This document shows positions 20,905 to 31,159 of a DNA stretch of 64,000 bases, piece by piece; within the stretch, counting starts at the first letter, position 1; every line of letters starts with the position of its first letter. The stretch is from Candidatus Bathyarchaeota archaeon. Lineage in GTDB: Archaea; Thermoproteota; Bathyarchaeia; Bathyarchaeales; Bathycorpusculaceae. The position numbers and the translations under genes are program-made. The notes below the pieces were generated by a model. The model ran no database searches, was not told the DNA's origin, and worked only from the letters and a program-made list of their open reading frames with translations. The DNA is taken from the NCBI GenBank assembly GCA_963785215.1, contig CAWAUU010000033.1, positions 40,334 to 104,333 of the forward strand. The letters are read 5' to 3'.

Positions 20905-22287
20905 TTAAGCACTCAAATGTTCACGTTTCAGAATTTCTCGAGCGACTATTACGCCTGAAGCTGAAGCTTGAATTAAACCGCGTGTCACGCCTGCACCGTC
21001 GCCGATGGTGAACATGTTTTGGATTTTGGTTTCTAACGCGTTGTTTAGTTGCAAGTGTGAAGAGTAAAACTTGACTTCTATGCCGTAGAGCAGTGTATCT
21101 CTTGAGTGGACTCCTGGCGCTATCACATCTAAGGCTTGAAGCATCTCACGTATATCGGCTAAGTAACGGTAGGGCAAAACGAAGCTTAAATCGCCTGGTG
21201 TGGCGTTCTTCAAAGTTGGTACAACCACGCTTCTGGAAAGGCGTTCGGGTGTTGAGCGTCGCCCAACGACCAAGTCGCCTAGCCGCTGAACCATTACTCC
21301 TCCGCTTAAGAGGTTTGAAAGTCTGGCGACATATTTGCCGTAAGCAATGGGTTCTTTGAAAGGCTCCGTGAAGGAGGTGCTGACTAGAATGGCGAAGTTT
21401 GTGTTGTCGGTTTTTCTTTCAGCGTAGCTTCCGCCGTTGACGGTTAAGACGCCGTCATATGATTCCGTGGTGACTTCGCCGTAAGGTGATACACAGAAAG
21501 TGCGGACTTGATCGTCGAAAAGTCGTGAGTAATAAACAAGTTTTGGCTCGTAAAGCGCTTTAGTTAGGTTCTCCATGACAGAAGCTAAAACTTCGACGCG
21601 TACGCCGATATCAACTGGGTTGTTTATGGTTTTTAATCCTCGAACTTGAGCCTCTGTTTGAAGCCATTCTGCGCCACTTCTGCCAGGAGCAATTATGACG
21701 TATTTGCCTATGATTTTTTCGCCGTCTACTGTTTCCACTCCTTGGATGAGGTGGTTTTCAGCGATTAAGCCTTTCACGTCTGTTTTTGGTCGGAAAGTGA
21801 TTTTGCCGTTGAGCTCTTTGCGCATTCGATGGAGCGTTTCTAGGCATTTTTCTGTGCCCATGTGGCGAACTTCTTGCCTGATAAGCTTTAAACCAGCAAG
21901 TGACGCTTGACGTTCGATTTCATCTACTTTTTCGCTGTCTCCGCCGTAAACTTGCTCGCTTGCCCCGAATTTTAGGTAGATGCTATCCACGTATTTTACC
22001 AGGGCTTGGAGCTCTTTGGTTGAAACGTACTGGTTTAGCCAACCGCCAACTTCTGTTGACAAAGTTAGTTTTCCGTCACTGTAAGCGCCTGCTCCACCCC
22101 AGCCTGAAAGAACTGAGCATGGTTCACAATGGACACATTCGAACCCTCGGCTGGATGGGCATTTGCGTTTGTCTATGTCTGGTCCTCTGTCGAGTATCAG
22201 GACGTTTAAGTTTGTTTTCTCTGTTAGTTCTAACGCTGAGAAGATGCCTGCTGGTCCTGCACCCACGATTATTACGTCATATTTCAT
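20905..22287 (-). CDS. FAD-dependent oxidoreductase (COG2509-like)
   Basis: DVIIVGAGPAG, GWGGAGAYSDGKL, DIGVRVE, GDGAGVTRGL; probable start MKYD at 22287. Confidence 0.85.
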   Translation of the reverse strand: MKYDVIIVGAGPAGIFSALELTEKTNLNVLILDRGPDIDKRKCPSSRGFECVHCEPCSVLSGWGGAGAYSDGKLTLSTEVGGWLNQYVSTKELQALVKYVDSIYLKFGASEQVYGGDSEKVDEIERQASLAGLKLIRQEVRHMGTEKCLETLHRMRKELNGKITFRPKTDVKGLIAENHLIQGVETVDGEKIIGKYVIIAPGRSGAEWLQTEAQVRGLKTINNPVDIGVRVEVLASVMENLTKALYEPKLVYYSRLFDDQVRTFCVSPYGEVTTESYDGVLTVNGGSYAERKTDNTNFAILVSTSFTEPFKEPIAYGKYVARLSNLLSGGVMVQRLGDLVVGRRSTPERLSRSVVVPTLKNATPGDLSFVLPYRYLADIREMLQALDVIAPGVHSRDTLLYGIEVKFYSSHLQLNNALETKIQNMFTIGDGAGVTRGLIQASASGVIVAREILKREHLSA

Positions 22288-22452
22288 AGGCACTGCCCCC
22301 TTGGAACCCAGAACTACATGTAACAGGTGGCATATATTTGTTGGTGCATAACTTTCAAAGGGGATTACCCTCGTTTTGAGGAGTTGCTCAGATATCTCAA
22401 GGTTAAAGAACATTTATAATAACAAAAATTCCAATAGTGCATGAAGAAAAAC

Positions 22453-22942
22453 ATGTCCGAGCAAGACACAATCCGAAAACATAGATGAATTAATCTCCGA
22501 CTTCTCACGCTTCTACATACTCACCATACTGTACGAGGGACCCTCACACGGTTATAGCATAATCAGCAGATTCAGAAAAAGAGTCAAAAAAGAAGTGAGC
22601 CCAAGCCTAGTTTACCCGTTTCTGCAGCAACTAGAAGAAAAAGGCTTAGTTAAACATACAATAAAACCGGTGGGCGAGAAAGAAAGAAAAATCTTCGAGC
22701 TAACGCAGGCAGGCAGGGAATTATGCACTGATCTTTTCAAACGCTTTGCCGAGTTGGTAGCAATCGCTATTGAACCAAGCCTCTACGTCTGCGCCCACTG
22801 CGGATGCAAAGTCTACGAAGGTGGCTACCGAGAAGTCATCGATGGCAGAGAAACAGCGTTCTGCTGCATACACTGCGCTTACTCATATAAGGAAGCAAAG
22901 AAACTGGCTAAACAACTAAATGAAACTGGGAAGCAAGCGTGA
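22453..22942 (+). CDS. PadR-family regulator with C-terminal TRASH-like metal-binding domain (indel near start)
   Basis: Upstream in-frame FYILTILYEGPSHGYSII...SPSLVYPFLQQLEEKGLV...RKIFELT; CAHCG...FCCIHCA. Confidence 0.85.
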
Positions 22943-22998
22943 CCGATACTAACCTTTCTTTAAAAATAATTAAAAACAAAAAATTTGTTGAAGACTAA

Positions 22999-23277
22999 CT
23001 AGTCCTTTATTGCTTCAATAAAACTCATGACGTTCCAAAGTTTTACCCGCGTGTAGGGCGGCATGTTTGGGTCTTGCAAAATTTCATCCAGAAGCGACAC
23101 GGCGTTTGAAGCTCTCACTGCAGGCGTATATTCAGAGCTTAGCAGGGAATTCACTGCGTCTTTTGCGGAACGCCTGATGTTTCTTGGCGTTGTGCTGTCC
23201 TCAGAGACCTCTCCAAGCACTGCTAACGCTTGCTTAATCTTAGCTTCATATTCTTCAGCTTTTTTCTTTCGAACCAT
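22999..23277 (-). CDS. UPF0147 family protein
   Basis: DSTTPRNIRR...LDEILQDPNMPPYTRVKLW. Confidence 0.9.
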   Translation of the reverse strand: MVRKKKAEEYEAKIKQALAVLGEVSEDSTTPRNIRRSAKDAVNSLLSSEYTPAVRASNAVSLLDEILQDPNMPPYTRVKLWNVMSFIEAIKD

Positions 23278-23389
23278 AAATCGGCACTACCTACTGCAAG
23301 TCACGCAGTAACTGCTTATATAAGCAATTGATACGTATTTACTTTGGGGTTCTAATTGCAAGAAAAAAGAAAATACACCTATTAAACGC

Positions 23390-23721
23390 ATGGCTGACTT
23401 GCTAAGGCAAGGTGACACTTTAACCGACCTGTCATGCCCGGTCTGCGCTTCCCCGCTCTTCAGACTAAAAGATGGCACGTTGTGGTGCGCAAATGATGAA
23501 AAAAAAGTAGTAATAGTTAAAGCAGGCGAAGAACCACCAAAGCAAGCCGCAGCCAGTACAGTCTACGATAAACTCGAAGCAACACTCTTAGCGAAGATGC
23601 AAGAATTACAAGGCAAAATCGAAAAAACCGAAGACTTAGAGGAACTGCAAAAACTCAGCGTTGCACTATCTGAATTACTAAACAGTCTGGAAAAGATTAA
23701 GAATATGAAGAAAGCCCTGAG
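23390..23721 (+). CDS. UPF0148 / autoantigen p27 Zn-ribbon protein
   Basis: MADLLRQGDTLTDLSCPVCASPLF...WC. Likely true stop TGA near 23719, lost through an extra C. Confidence 0.75.
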
Positions 23722-23731
23722 CAGGACTATC

Positions 23732-24236
23732 TTGACACTTGGTTTTTACGAAAATTTCCCCTTAAACATTCACTTGGTTGAGAGCTTTAATTCAACTCTC
23801 TCAAGCAAGCAACTTCAGCAAAGGCTAATCCAAGTTCTTTATGAAATAAACAGAAAGGAATTCAGTTTTGAAGAAGCCGCTAACCCAACTATACCTGAAT
23901 GTAAATTAATTTTCGAGTTCGGTTTGGCGGACGCTGAAGACTTCAACTACATTGATGAGGAAGAAGTAAAAAAAGTACGAAACCTTCTGGAAAAAGAGCA
24001 TTTGCGTACAATGGATTTCTTCTGCGCCATACGTTACTACAAGGGAGAAAAAAAGAAGCCCGCTAAAATTTGATTATTACCTTCTCCGAACTGTATATAG
24101 CAGAGACATTTTGGAAATTCAAGTTTTCCATAAAAAAGGGCCCAAGATACATATCGCCAGAAGATTTAACACTGTTTATTTTTAACAAAACAAATGAAGC
24201 CTCAAACAGAAAAATTTTGAAAAAACAAACCTCTAG
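23732..24236 (+). CDS. Hypothetical protein (frameshift near 24060)
   Basis: TTG start LTLGFYENFP; continues in another frame as LKFDYYLLR...FHKKGPRYISPEDL to TAG 24234-24236. Confidence 0.65.
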
Positions 24237-24376
24237 CATAGTGTAAAGACTAATGAGGGAGAGACTAATTCTACATCCGAAAGTTATATTTCTAACAACA
24301 TTAATTCCGTAAAAGCGAAAGCCGACAGAAAAAGGCAGACTTACAAAAGAACCGAGAAAACAGGAGCAAAATTTAG

Positions 24377-25352
24377 TTGATTCCAATAGAAGTTTCTGCT
24401 CTCAAGAAATGCTATGGAGATTTAAAAGCCGTAGATGACATCTCATTCACAGTTAACAAAGGCGAGGTTTTCGGTCTTTTAGGTCCGAACGGCGCGGGCA
24501 AAACCACCACCATAGAAATTTTAGAAGGCTTAAGAGCAAAGGACGGTGGCGACGTGAAAGTTCTTGGTCTTGACCCATGGAAAAACGGTTATGAACTTCA
24601 CAAGAAAATCGGCGTCATACCTCAAGAGTTCACTTTTTTGGAAAAAATAACCCCAAGAGAAGCCATAATATACTATGCTGACCTCTTCGACATTAAAGTT
24701 AATCCTGACGAAATTTTAAAAGAGGTTTTGCTTGAGGAATCCGCTAAAGTCAATTTTGATAGTCTTTCCGGCGGACAGAAACAGAAAACAGGACTTGCTC
24801 TCTCACTTGTGAACACTCCTGAAATGCTCTTTCTTGACGAGCCCACCACTGGATTGGATCCGAACGCTCGAAGAGCAATCTGGGATGTCATACGTGGATT
24901 GAAAGCTAAAGGTAAAACAATCATTTTAACGACTCATTACTTAGATGAAGCCCAGCAATTAGCGGACAGAGTAGCCATCATGGACCACGGGCACATTCGT
25001 TGCTATGGGAACCTCAGATGAAATCATTGCGCAGCATGGTTCAGGAGAAAGACTTGAAATTCACGGAACCGAACAATTAGCTCATTACATCAAGGCAAAC
25101 ACTGAACTTCAAGTTGACTACGATAGGCATAGAAGCGTAATTAGTATACCGCTTAAACAGAAAATCGATGCACTAGCAGCTTTAGCAGCTGCTGACCAAT
25201 CAAAAATGGACTATGGAGAAATTCAGACACGCCGCGACAGCTTAGACGACGTGTTCATCAAGCTTGTAAGCGGAAGAGTAGATGAACATGGCGAAATCAC
25301 CATTGAGAACGATGAAAGCAAAAGCAAACCTGACAATCAAAAGAGGAGCTAA
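24377..25352 (+). CDS. ABC-2 exporter ATP-binding subunit (frameshift near 25000)
   Basis: Walker A GPNGAGKTT, LSGGQKQ, LFLDEPTTGLD, TTHYLDEA. Confidence 0.95.
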
Positions 25353-25355
25353 AAA

Positions 25356-26479
25356 ATGGGCAGCGGAAAAAGAATCCTTTCAGATTTCAAAGTATTTAGC
25401 CGTGGGTATCTAAGAAACAGGTTTGGATTATTCTTCGGATTAATATTCCCAGTAATTCTAATCTTAATTTTCGGCGCAATTTTCGCGGGGAGCGGCAGCA
25501 GCGCTGTTAATGTTTATGTTCAGAACCAAGACACTGGCCCGTTTGCGTTACCACAAATGAATATAGCCCAACAGTTTGTAAACTCGCTTAACAGTTCTGG
25601 CACAATCAAAGTCACATTGGTACCTAATTCGGAGAATTTTTCAAAGTACCTAGCCGCTCACTCAGCATCTGACGGCATTATCATTCCTGAAAACTTCTCC
25701 GCCAACTATTTGGCAGGCAATCGGGTAAACGTGATTGTCTATGGTAATCCAACATCAAGCACCAGCGGCATCGTAACTGGGACAGTTAATGGAGTTATAA
25801 ACTATTTCAATCTGAACTATTACAAACAAAATGCCACACCCATAATCAGTATAACCCCCACTACTGTGAACACTCAACAAACCAAATACATAGACTTCCT
25901 AATCCCAGGCTTGATTGGTTTTGCCATACTTGTAAGCCCAATGTTCTCACTGGTCAACATATCCTCAGAGTACAAGAAGACCAAAATCTTCAAACAACTA
26001 TCACTTACACCTCTCACAAAGATAGAGTGGCTTGCCTCTAAGGTGATGTGGTACATTGTTTTGACGGCTTTCAGCTTTCTACTTATGGTAGGCGTAGGAA
26101 TCTTTGCTGTTTGGCGCTCACATAACGTTAACCGTTTGGCTTATACCCTTCCTAATTCTGGGTCCAACGCTGTTCGCTGCGTTAGGCATGCTGGTTGGAA
26201 CCGTAACAAAGAACCCTGAAACTGCAGGCGTAATAGGCAACATAGTGACTTTTCCAATGATGTTCCTTTCCGGCACATTCTTCCCCATTAGCATCATGCC
26301 ACAATACCTACAGAGCCATCGCTCACGTGCTGCCATTATTCTACATAATTGAGGGCTTAAACAACGTCATGGTTTACGGAAACTACATTGGAGCAATAAT
26401 TGACCTTGCAGTCGTTGCAGTGATAACAGCTGTAATCTTCATTTTGGCAGTTAGACTGTTCAAATGGAGAGAAGACTAA
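25356..26479 (+). CDS. ABC-2 exporter permease (frameshifts near 26105 and 26315)
   Basis: FFGLIFPVIL, YIDFLIPGLIG, FPMMFLSGTFFPI, C-terminal LFKWRED*. Confidence 0.9.
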
Positions 26480-26506
26480 ACCACAAACTTTTCATTTTTT
26501 CAATTG

Positions 26507-27115
26507 CTATTCACACATTTTAAGTAAACCCAAAACTTCTGAATACAGTGCATCTGCTACTGCATCTTTTGGTTTGTCACCATCTATCCTGATAAGCTCA
26601 CCTTCATCAACGAACTTAAGGTAGACTTCTCGAACTTTTCGCTGTATTTCTAAAGTTTCCATCACAGACTTCTTTCTCTGCAAACGCTCCAGCACCCGTT
26701 CTGGAGATACATCGATAAAGATGCTGAAGTCTGGTTGCAATGCACGAGCATTAATAGTTTTAATCCAATCCAAGCTAAGACCAGCGCTGCCTTGGTAGGC
26801 TAAAGACGAGTAAATGTAGCGGTCGCAAATCACTAGCTTTCCTTCGGCTAAAGCGGGGGCTACCTCATTTTGCATATGCTCAATACGGTCTGCCGCGAAC
26901 AGTAGCGCTTCAGCTTCTGTTGGAAGACGTTTTCCTTCATAGAGGCAGCATTCTCGTATGAAAGTGCCTATTTTGCCTTGGCTGGGTTCGGCAGTGTAAA
27001 CTGCACTGTATTTTTCAGAGAGCCTTTCGGTTAGTAGTTGTGCCTGTGTGGTTTTTCCGCTTCCGTCTAAGCCTTCGATGCAGATGAAAACGCCTCTCTT
27101 GCCCATGTTTTTCAA
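26507..27115 (-). CDS. tmk: Thymidylate kinase
   Basis: IEGLDGSGKTTQ, LLFAADR, DRYIYSSLAYQG. Confidence 0.95.
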   Translation of the reverse strand: MKNMGKRGVFICIEGLDGSGKTTQAQLLTERLSEKYSAVYTAEPSQGKIGTFIRECCLYEGKRLPTEAEALLFAADRIEHMQNEVAPALAEGKLVICDRYIYSSLAYQGSAGLSLDWIKTINARALQPDFSIFIDVSPERVLERLQRKKSVMETLEIQRKVREVYLKFVDEGELIRIDGDKPKDAVADALYSEVLGLLKMCE

Positions 27116-27178
27116 CTCAGCTGGTTAGCGTTAGACATTATAGGGAGATACATAAATATAACTTACAAACTGTGAGGC

Positions 27179-28465
27179 TTGCTTGTGCCTAAGGCTTACT
27201 GGGGAGAAATAAAGGATCCCGTACATGGGTACGTGTACATTACTGAAGCAGAAAAAAACATTATTGATTCGTATCCGATGCAGCGACTCAGGCGACTGCG
27301 GCAACTGGCAGGTTCAGAATACGTTTATCCAGGAGCCAACCACACACGTTTCGAACACTGCGTCGGCGTCATGTACTTGGCAGGCAAAGTTTTGGAAAAC
27401 CCCAACGTTTCACGCGTCGTAAGCGATGAAGAAGTGGACATGTGCAGGATTTCAGCGTTGCTTCATGACGCTGGACATGGACCTTTCTCGCATGTTTTTG
27501 AGCAATTACTGATAAAGGACTTGGAAAAAACGCATGAGGACATCACTTCATGGATTATCGAGAAGAGCGAAGTAGGCGATAAACTATCAAAGATGGGTTA
27601 CAAGCCTAAAGAGGTAGCTGGACTCGCCGTTGGGAAACTGCATAAACCTGGCAAAGCGTTTCTTGACCAGATAATAAGCAGCGCCGTGGACGTTGACAAA
27701 CAGGACTTCATCGTCCGAGATACCTATCACACGGGCGCCGAGTACGGTTTCATCGATGTTTTCCGCCTCATACATGCGCTTGATGTTTTAGGCGAAAATC
27801 TAGCCGTAGAACTAGGCGCACTATCAGCGTTGGAAGCGTTCATGATTGCTAGGATTGAATCGTTTAAAAGCATTTATTTTCACCGTGTTGGCAGAGCAGC
27901 GCAGATTATGCTGGCGACCGCCATGGAAAAAGCAAACGGCGAGTTAGGGTTGACGGCGTTTAAGACACCTGAAGACTATTTGGCGCTGGATGACTACACC
28001 GTCTGGTCAGCCCTCAAAAAATGCGAGGCATCCAAGGGAATAATTGGCAACTTAGAAAGACGCAGAATGCTAAAATGCGCATATGAGCGAACCTTCTACG
28101 AGAAGGACACAATGATCTCCAACATTTTCGGTCGCGAATCATACAGGCGCCAAATGCAAAGTGAAATCGCCAAAGAAGCAGGCGTAGACATTGAATCAGT
28201 GATAATTGACGTGCCCACAGTGCCATCCGTACCTTACCATCATGCCGTACTAATGGAGTCCATGGAGATCCCTGTTTTCATAAGAAGCCAAGCGGGTGAC
28301 AAAACGCCGCAGCGGCTAAGTGAGATTTCAAAGATTTTTGAAACACTCAAAGGCTTCATGAATATACTGCGAGTATACACTGATGCAGCTGAACGTGAGA
28401 AAGTAGAGAGGGCAACAGCGAAAATCTTGGGGAAAATTCCGTCTGCAGCAAAAATCTCTTTTTAA
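27179..28465 (+). CDS. HD-domain phosphohydrolase (dNTP triphosphohydrolase/SAMHD1-like family)
   Basis: IKDPVHG, QRLRRLRQL, YPGANHTRFEH, LLHDAGHGPFSH, DVDKQDFIVRD, IYFHR. Confidence 0.9.
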   Translation: MLVPKAYWGEIKDPVHGYVYITEAEKNIIDSYPMQRLRRLRQLAGSEYVYPGANHTRFEHCVGVMYLAGKVLENPNVSRVVSDEEVDMCRISALLHDAGHGPFSHVFEQLLIKDLEKTHEDITSWIIEKSEVGDKLSKMGYKPKEVAGLAVGKLHKPGKAFLDQIISSAVDVDKQDFIVRDTYHTGAEYGFIDVFRLIHALDVLGENLAVELGALSALEAFMIARIESFKSIYFHRVGRAAQIMLATAMEKANGELGLTAFKTPEDYLALDDYTVWSALKKCEASKGIIGNLERRRMLKCAYERTFYEKDTMISNIFGRESYRRQMQSEIAKEAGVDIESVIIDVPTVPSVPYHHAVLMESMEIPVFIRSQAGDKTPQRLSEISKIFETLKGFMNILRVYTDAAEREKVERATAKILGKIPSAAKISF

Positions 28466-28535
28466 CGCTTTCTTAAATACTAGTCACGCTTAAGAAGAAA
28501 AGTAGAAGAACTCGAAGGCTGGGAAGGGAAATACC

Positions 28536-29048
28536 ATGGAAAACAACTCAGACAAAAAAGTCATAAATGTAAGAATTAAAAGGAAAACTGAACCAAAAAC
28601 AGAGCCCTCCATACTTTTCAGCCAAAAAGAGATCCGAAAATTCGTCACTGAATTCGTTTCTTCATGGATTAGAGGAGACATTATAATCCGCTTCCCAACC
28701 GCAGCGGAACTAGCGAAGAAGACACCGTTGAGCATTGCGTTTCCAACCGACCCCTCCGTTAACGCGGAATTAAAAATTAAAGAACACTATGTGGACCAGT
28801 TATCCATTATTGCTGGAACAAAACCCGCAACCGTTGACGAACAAGAAAAAGCAATTTCAGACGTTTTCAGAATGCTTTTAATGTTCCGCTCAGCAAACAG
28901 AATCGAAGGCAAAATCATCTCAAACGACCTAGAAAAAAGAATAGAGGAACTCGAGAAAACCGCCAAGAACCAGGGCAAGCTTGTTGAGCAAATAACTGGA
29001 TTTTTGTTTAAGCCAAAAAACCAAAACAATAAAGCGCAAGCTAGCTAA
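28536..29048 (+). CDS. Hypothetical protein with C-terminal coiled coil
   Basis: 170-aa ORF; no recognised family; LEKRIEELEK heptads. Confidence 0.6.
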   Translation: MENNSDKKVINVRIKRKTEPKTEPSILFSQKEIRKFVTEFVSSWIRGDIIIRFPTAAELAKKTPLSIAFPTDPSVNAELKIKEHYVDQLSIIAGTKPATVDEQEKAISDVFRMLLMFRSANRIEGKIISNDLEKRIEELEKTAKNQGKLVEQITGFLFKPKNQNNKAQAS

Positions 29049-29127
29049 AGCCCGATTCTTGAAGGCCAAGCAACGGGTTAAGATAAAGTGAAAGTCATTA
29101 ATCGTCAAAGGTGAAATAAACCAATTA

Positions 29128-29592
29128 TCAAGTGTACCAATAGTTCAGATCAATGTCTGTGTTCACAGTTTTAACGGGTTGGGAATTACTCGATTGTACA
29201 TAATCATCGTAAACCAGAAAATAGGTCGCGCCTGGAGCAAGCTTTACATTGAGGTAGCCAGCAGTTTGTTGTCCGCTATCGTAGCTAGTAGGCAAGCCAA
29301 ACCCGCTGACAAAATTGGTTTCATTGACGATAACGACTCTGATTGTGCCCTCGCCGAGGACAGAGAAATTGCCTGATACTGTTATGTCAAAAGCACTTGA
29401 GGGAACAGTAAATTGGATAAAATATTCATTATCAACAGTGACATTTCCATTTATGAGCGTCTGCTGGAATGGCGCTGGAGTATTTACCAAGTGCACTGGG
29501 GGATTCTCAACTCTCCAAATGACATATGTGCCTACACCGACAGATAAAGCCAGAATGACTAAAAGAATCAAAGCCCTAATTCTCTTTACCAT
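29128..29592 (-). CDS. N-terminally anchored exported beta-rich protein
   Basis: Basic-hydrophobic N-terminus, then beta-strand-rich sequence (YDSGQQTAG...YFLVYD). Confidence 0.7.
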   Translation of the reverse strand: MVKRIRALILLVILALSVGVGTYVIWRVENPPVHLVNTPAPFQQTLINGNVTVDNEYFIQFTVPSSAFDITVSGNFSVLGEGTIRVVIVNETNFVSGFGLPTSYDSGQQTAGYLNVKLAPGATYFLVYDDYVQSSNSQPVKTVNTDIDLNYWYT

Positions 29593-29785
29593 ATTCTCTA
29601 ACCACTAATTCTATGTAAGACTCTTACGGGTAACTTAACAATATTCGCTTGAAGCGTTTATAAAATTTTAGTAGTCGCTTAGGCGCAGACGCTTTTTAGG
29701 TCACCACAACAAACTTAACAGTATCCTTGAAGGGTAAGGTTTATTCGAAGGAAAAAGCATTCTGCTTGATGCTTTTAAGCAAAGG

Positions 29786-29863
29786 GCTCCGGTAGTATAG
29801 TCCGGTCAAGTATACTGGCCTTTCGAGTCGGCGACCCGGGTCCAAATCCCGGCCGGAGCACCA
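29786..29863 (+). tRNA. tRNA-Glu(TTC), CCA encoded
   Basis: GCTCCGG...CTGGC-CTTTCGA-GTCGG...CCGGG-TCCAAAT-CCCGG-CCGGAGC-ACCA. Confidence 0.9.
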
Positions 29864-30304
29864 ATTATTCATGCGCCTGAGTATGTGTTTTTTCTGGGCT
29901 TCCATACATTTGTTCTATGTGCCTGTCTAGTTGGTGTGAGTTTTGAAGGTTTTTCCGCATATTTGGCAAACTACTTTACCCGCTTCTAAGCCGCGTAGAG
30001 GTTCTTAATGCAAAGGTGGCGCTTTAGGCAGAATGGACCGATTTTGAATTGTTTACGATTTGATGGTTTCGTCATAAAAATAGCACTTCATGATAAAATG
30101 TGTTGAAGGTTTCACTTATAGTTTAAAGTTAAAATCAAGGGGAGAGGTCGGTCAATTTTGCAGCGAAATCAGTTGCAAAATGAGGGGAAGGGGTATGCTT
30201 TTTAGCTATTGGAAATAGTTGTAAAAAGAGGTACAGGAGGTAGATGTCGCATTTTTACTTGATATGTTAAGTAGCAAAAATAAAAAAAGAAAAAACAGGA
30301 TTTT

Positions 30305-30958
30305 TTATTGTGGCAATTGTTTTCCGCAGTGAGGGCAAAAAGCGGTGTTTGGCTCTACAGGTGCGCCGCAGTTGGGGCAGTATCGTGTTGCTTGCGTTGC
30401 TTGTGTTGGCGGTGCTGTTGTCGGAGCTGGTGTCGTTGGAGGAGTGTAAGCGTATGGTTGTGAAGGCACTTTTATTGAGAAGAATGCAATTGTCGCAAGT
30501 ATCCAAGCTACCAAAATCAGAACTAGACCTAAGAAGAAAACAATTGTCAGAATCGCTCCAATCCATAATAGCAACCCTGCAGTTTCAAACATGTGCTCGC
30601 CTGATTTCTGTGCAAGCGCGTTAAATGCCCTTCTGAAGTACAATGCTGCTATCAAGTAAAACACGAAAACAATCAATAGCAACAATAGTAACGATAGCAA
30701 TCCGAATCCTAATGTGAAGACGCTGAATAAGCCACTTATTGCAACTATGGGTACTGCTACTGCAATTGCAATCAAAGCAATGATACCAAAGATAACCCCC
30801 CACAGCGCATTCTGGTAAATGCTCGGCTCTTTGTAGTATTCTGATAGCCCTTTCATGCCTATCAGAACAAGGATGATGCCCACTATGCTTACAATTGGAA
30901 ATATTAGCAGTATTGAACCGATTCCAGCCAAGTTCTTATTAGATTCTAAGTCACTCAT
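30305..30958 (-). CDS. DUF996-like membrane protein with C-terminal Zn ribbon
   Basis: LAGIGSILL...GIILVLIGMKGLSEYY...FETAGLL...IAFFSI; YCPNCGA...FCPHCG. Confidence 0.85.
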   Translation of the reverse strand: MSDLESNKNLAGIGSILLIFPIVSIVGIILVLIGMKGLSEYYKEPSIYQNALWGVIFGIIALIAIAVAVPIVAISGLFSVFTLGFGLLSLLLLLLIVFVFYLIAALYFRRAFNALAQKSGEHMFETAGLLLWIGAILTIVFFLGLVLILVAWILATIAFFSIKVPSQPYAYTPPTTPAPTTAPPTQATQATRYCPNCGAPVEPNTAFCPHCGKQLPQ

Positions 30959-31159
30959 TTGAGCATAACCTCATAAAATCGCTTCTATTCTCTTATTGTT
31001 TTTAAATAAAGCTTTCGATTGGAATAAGTAAGCAACCAAGCGATGATAAAATTTTTCAAAAATCTTTCCAAATTACTTCAGACATCGAGGCGGCTGTTTT
31101 GTCTAGCACTGCATTTTTAACAAAGCATTCACACAAACAAATGAAGGCGAATAATCACT

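Noticed and set aside
23390-24073. UPF0148 fused to an unknown domain
   Set aside because: Removing one C from GCCCTGA gives a stop at the expected length, followed by a TTG start.
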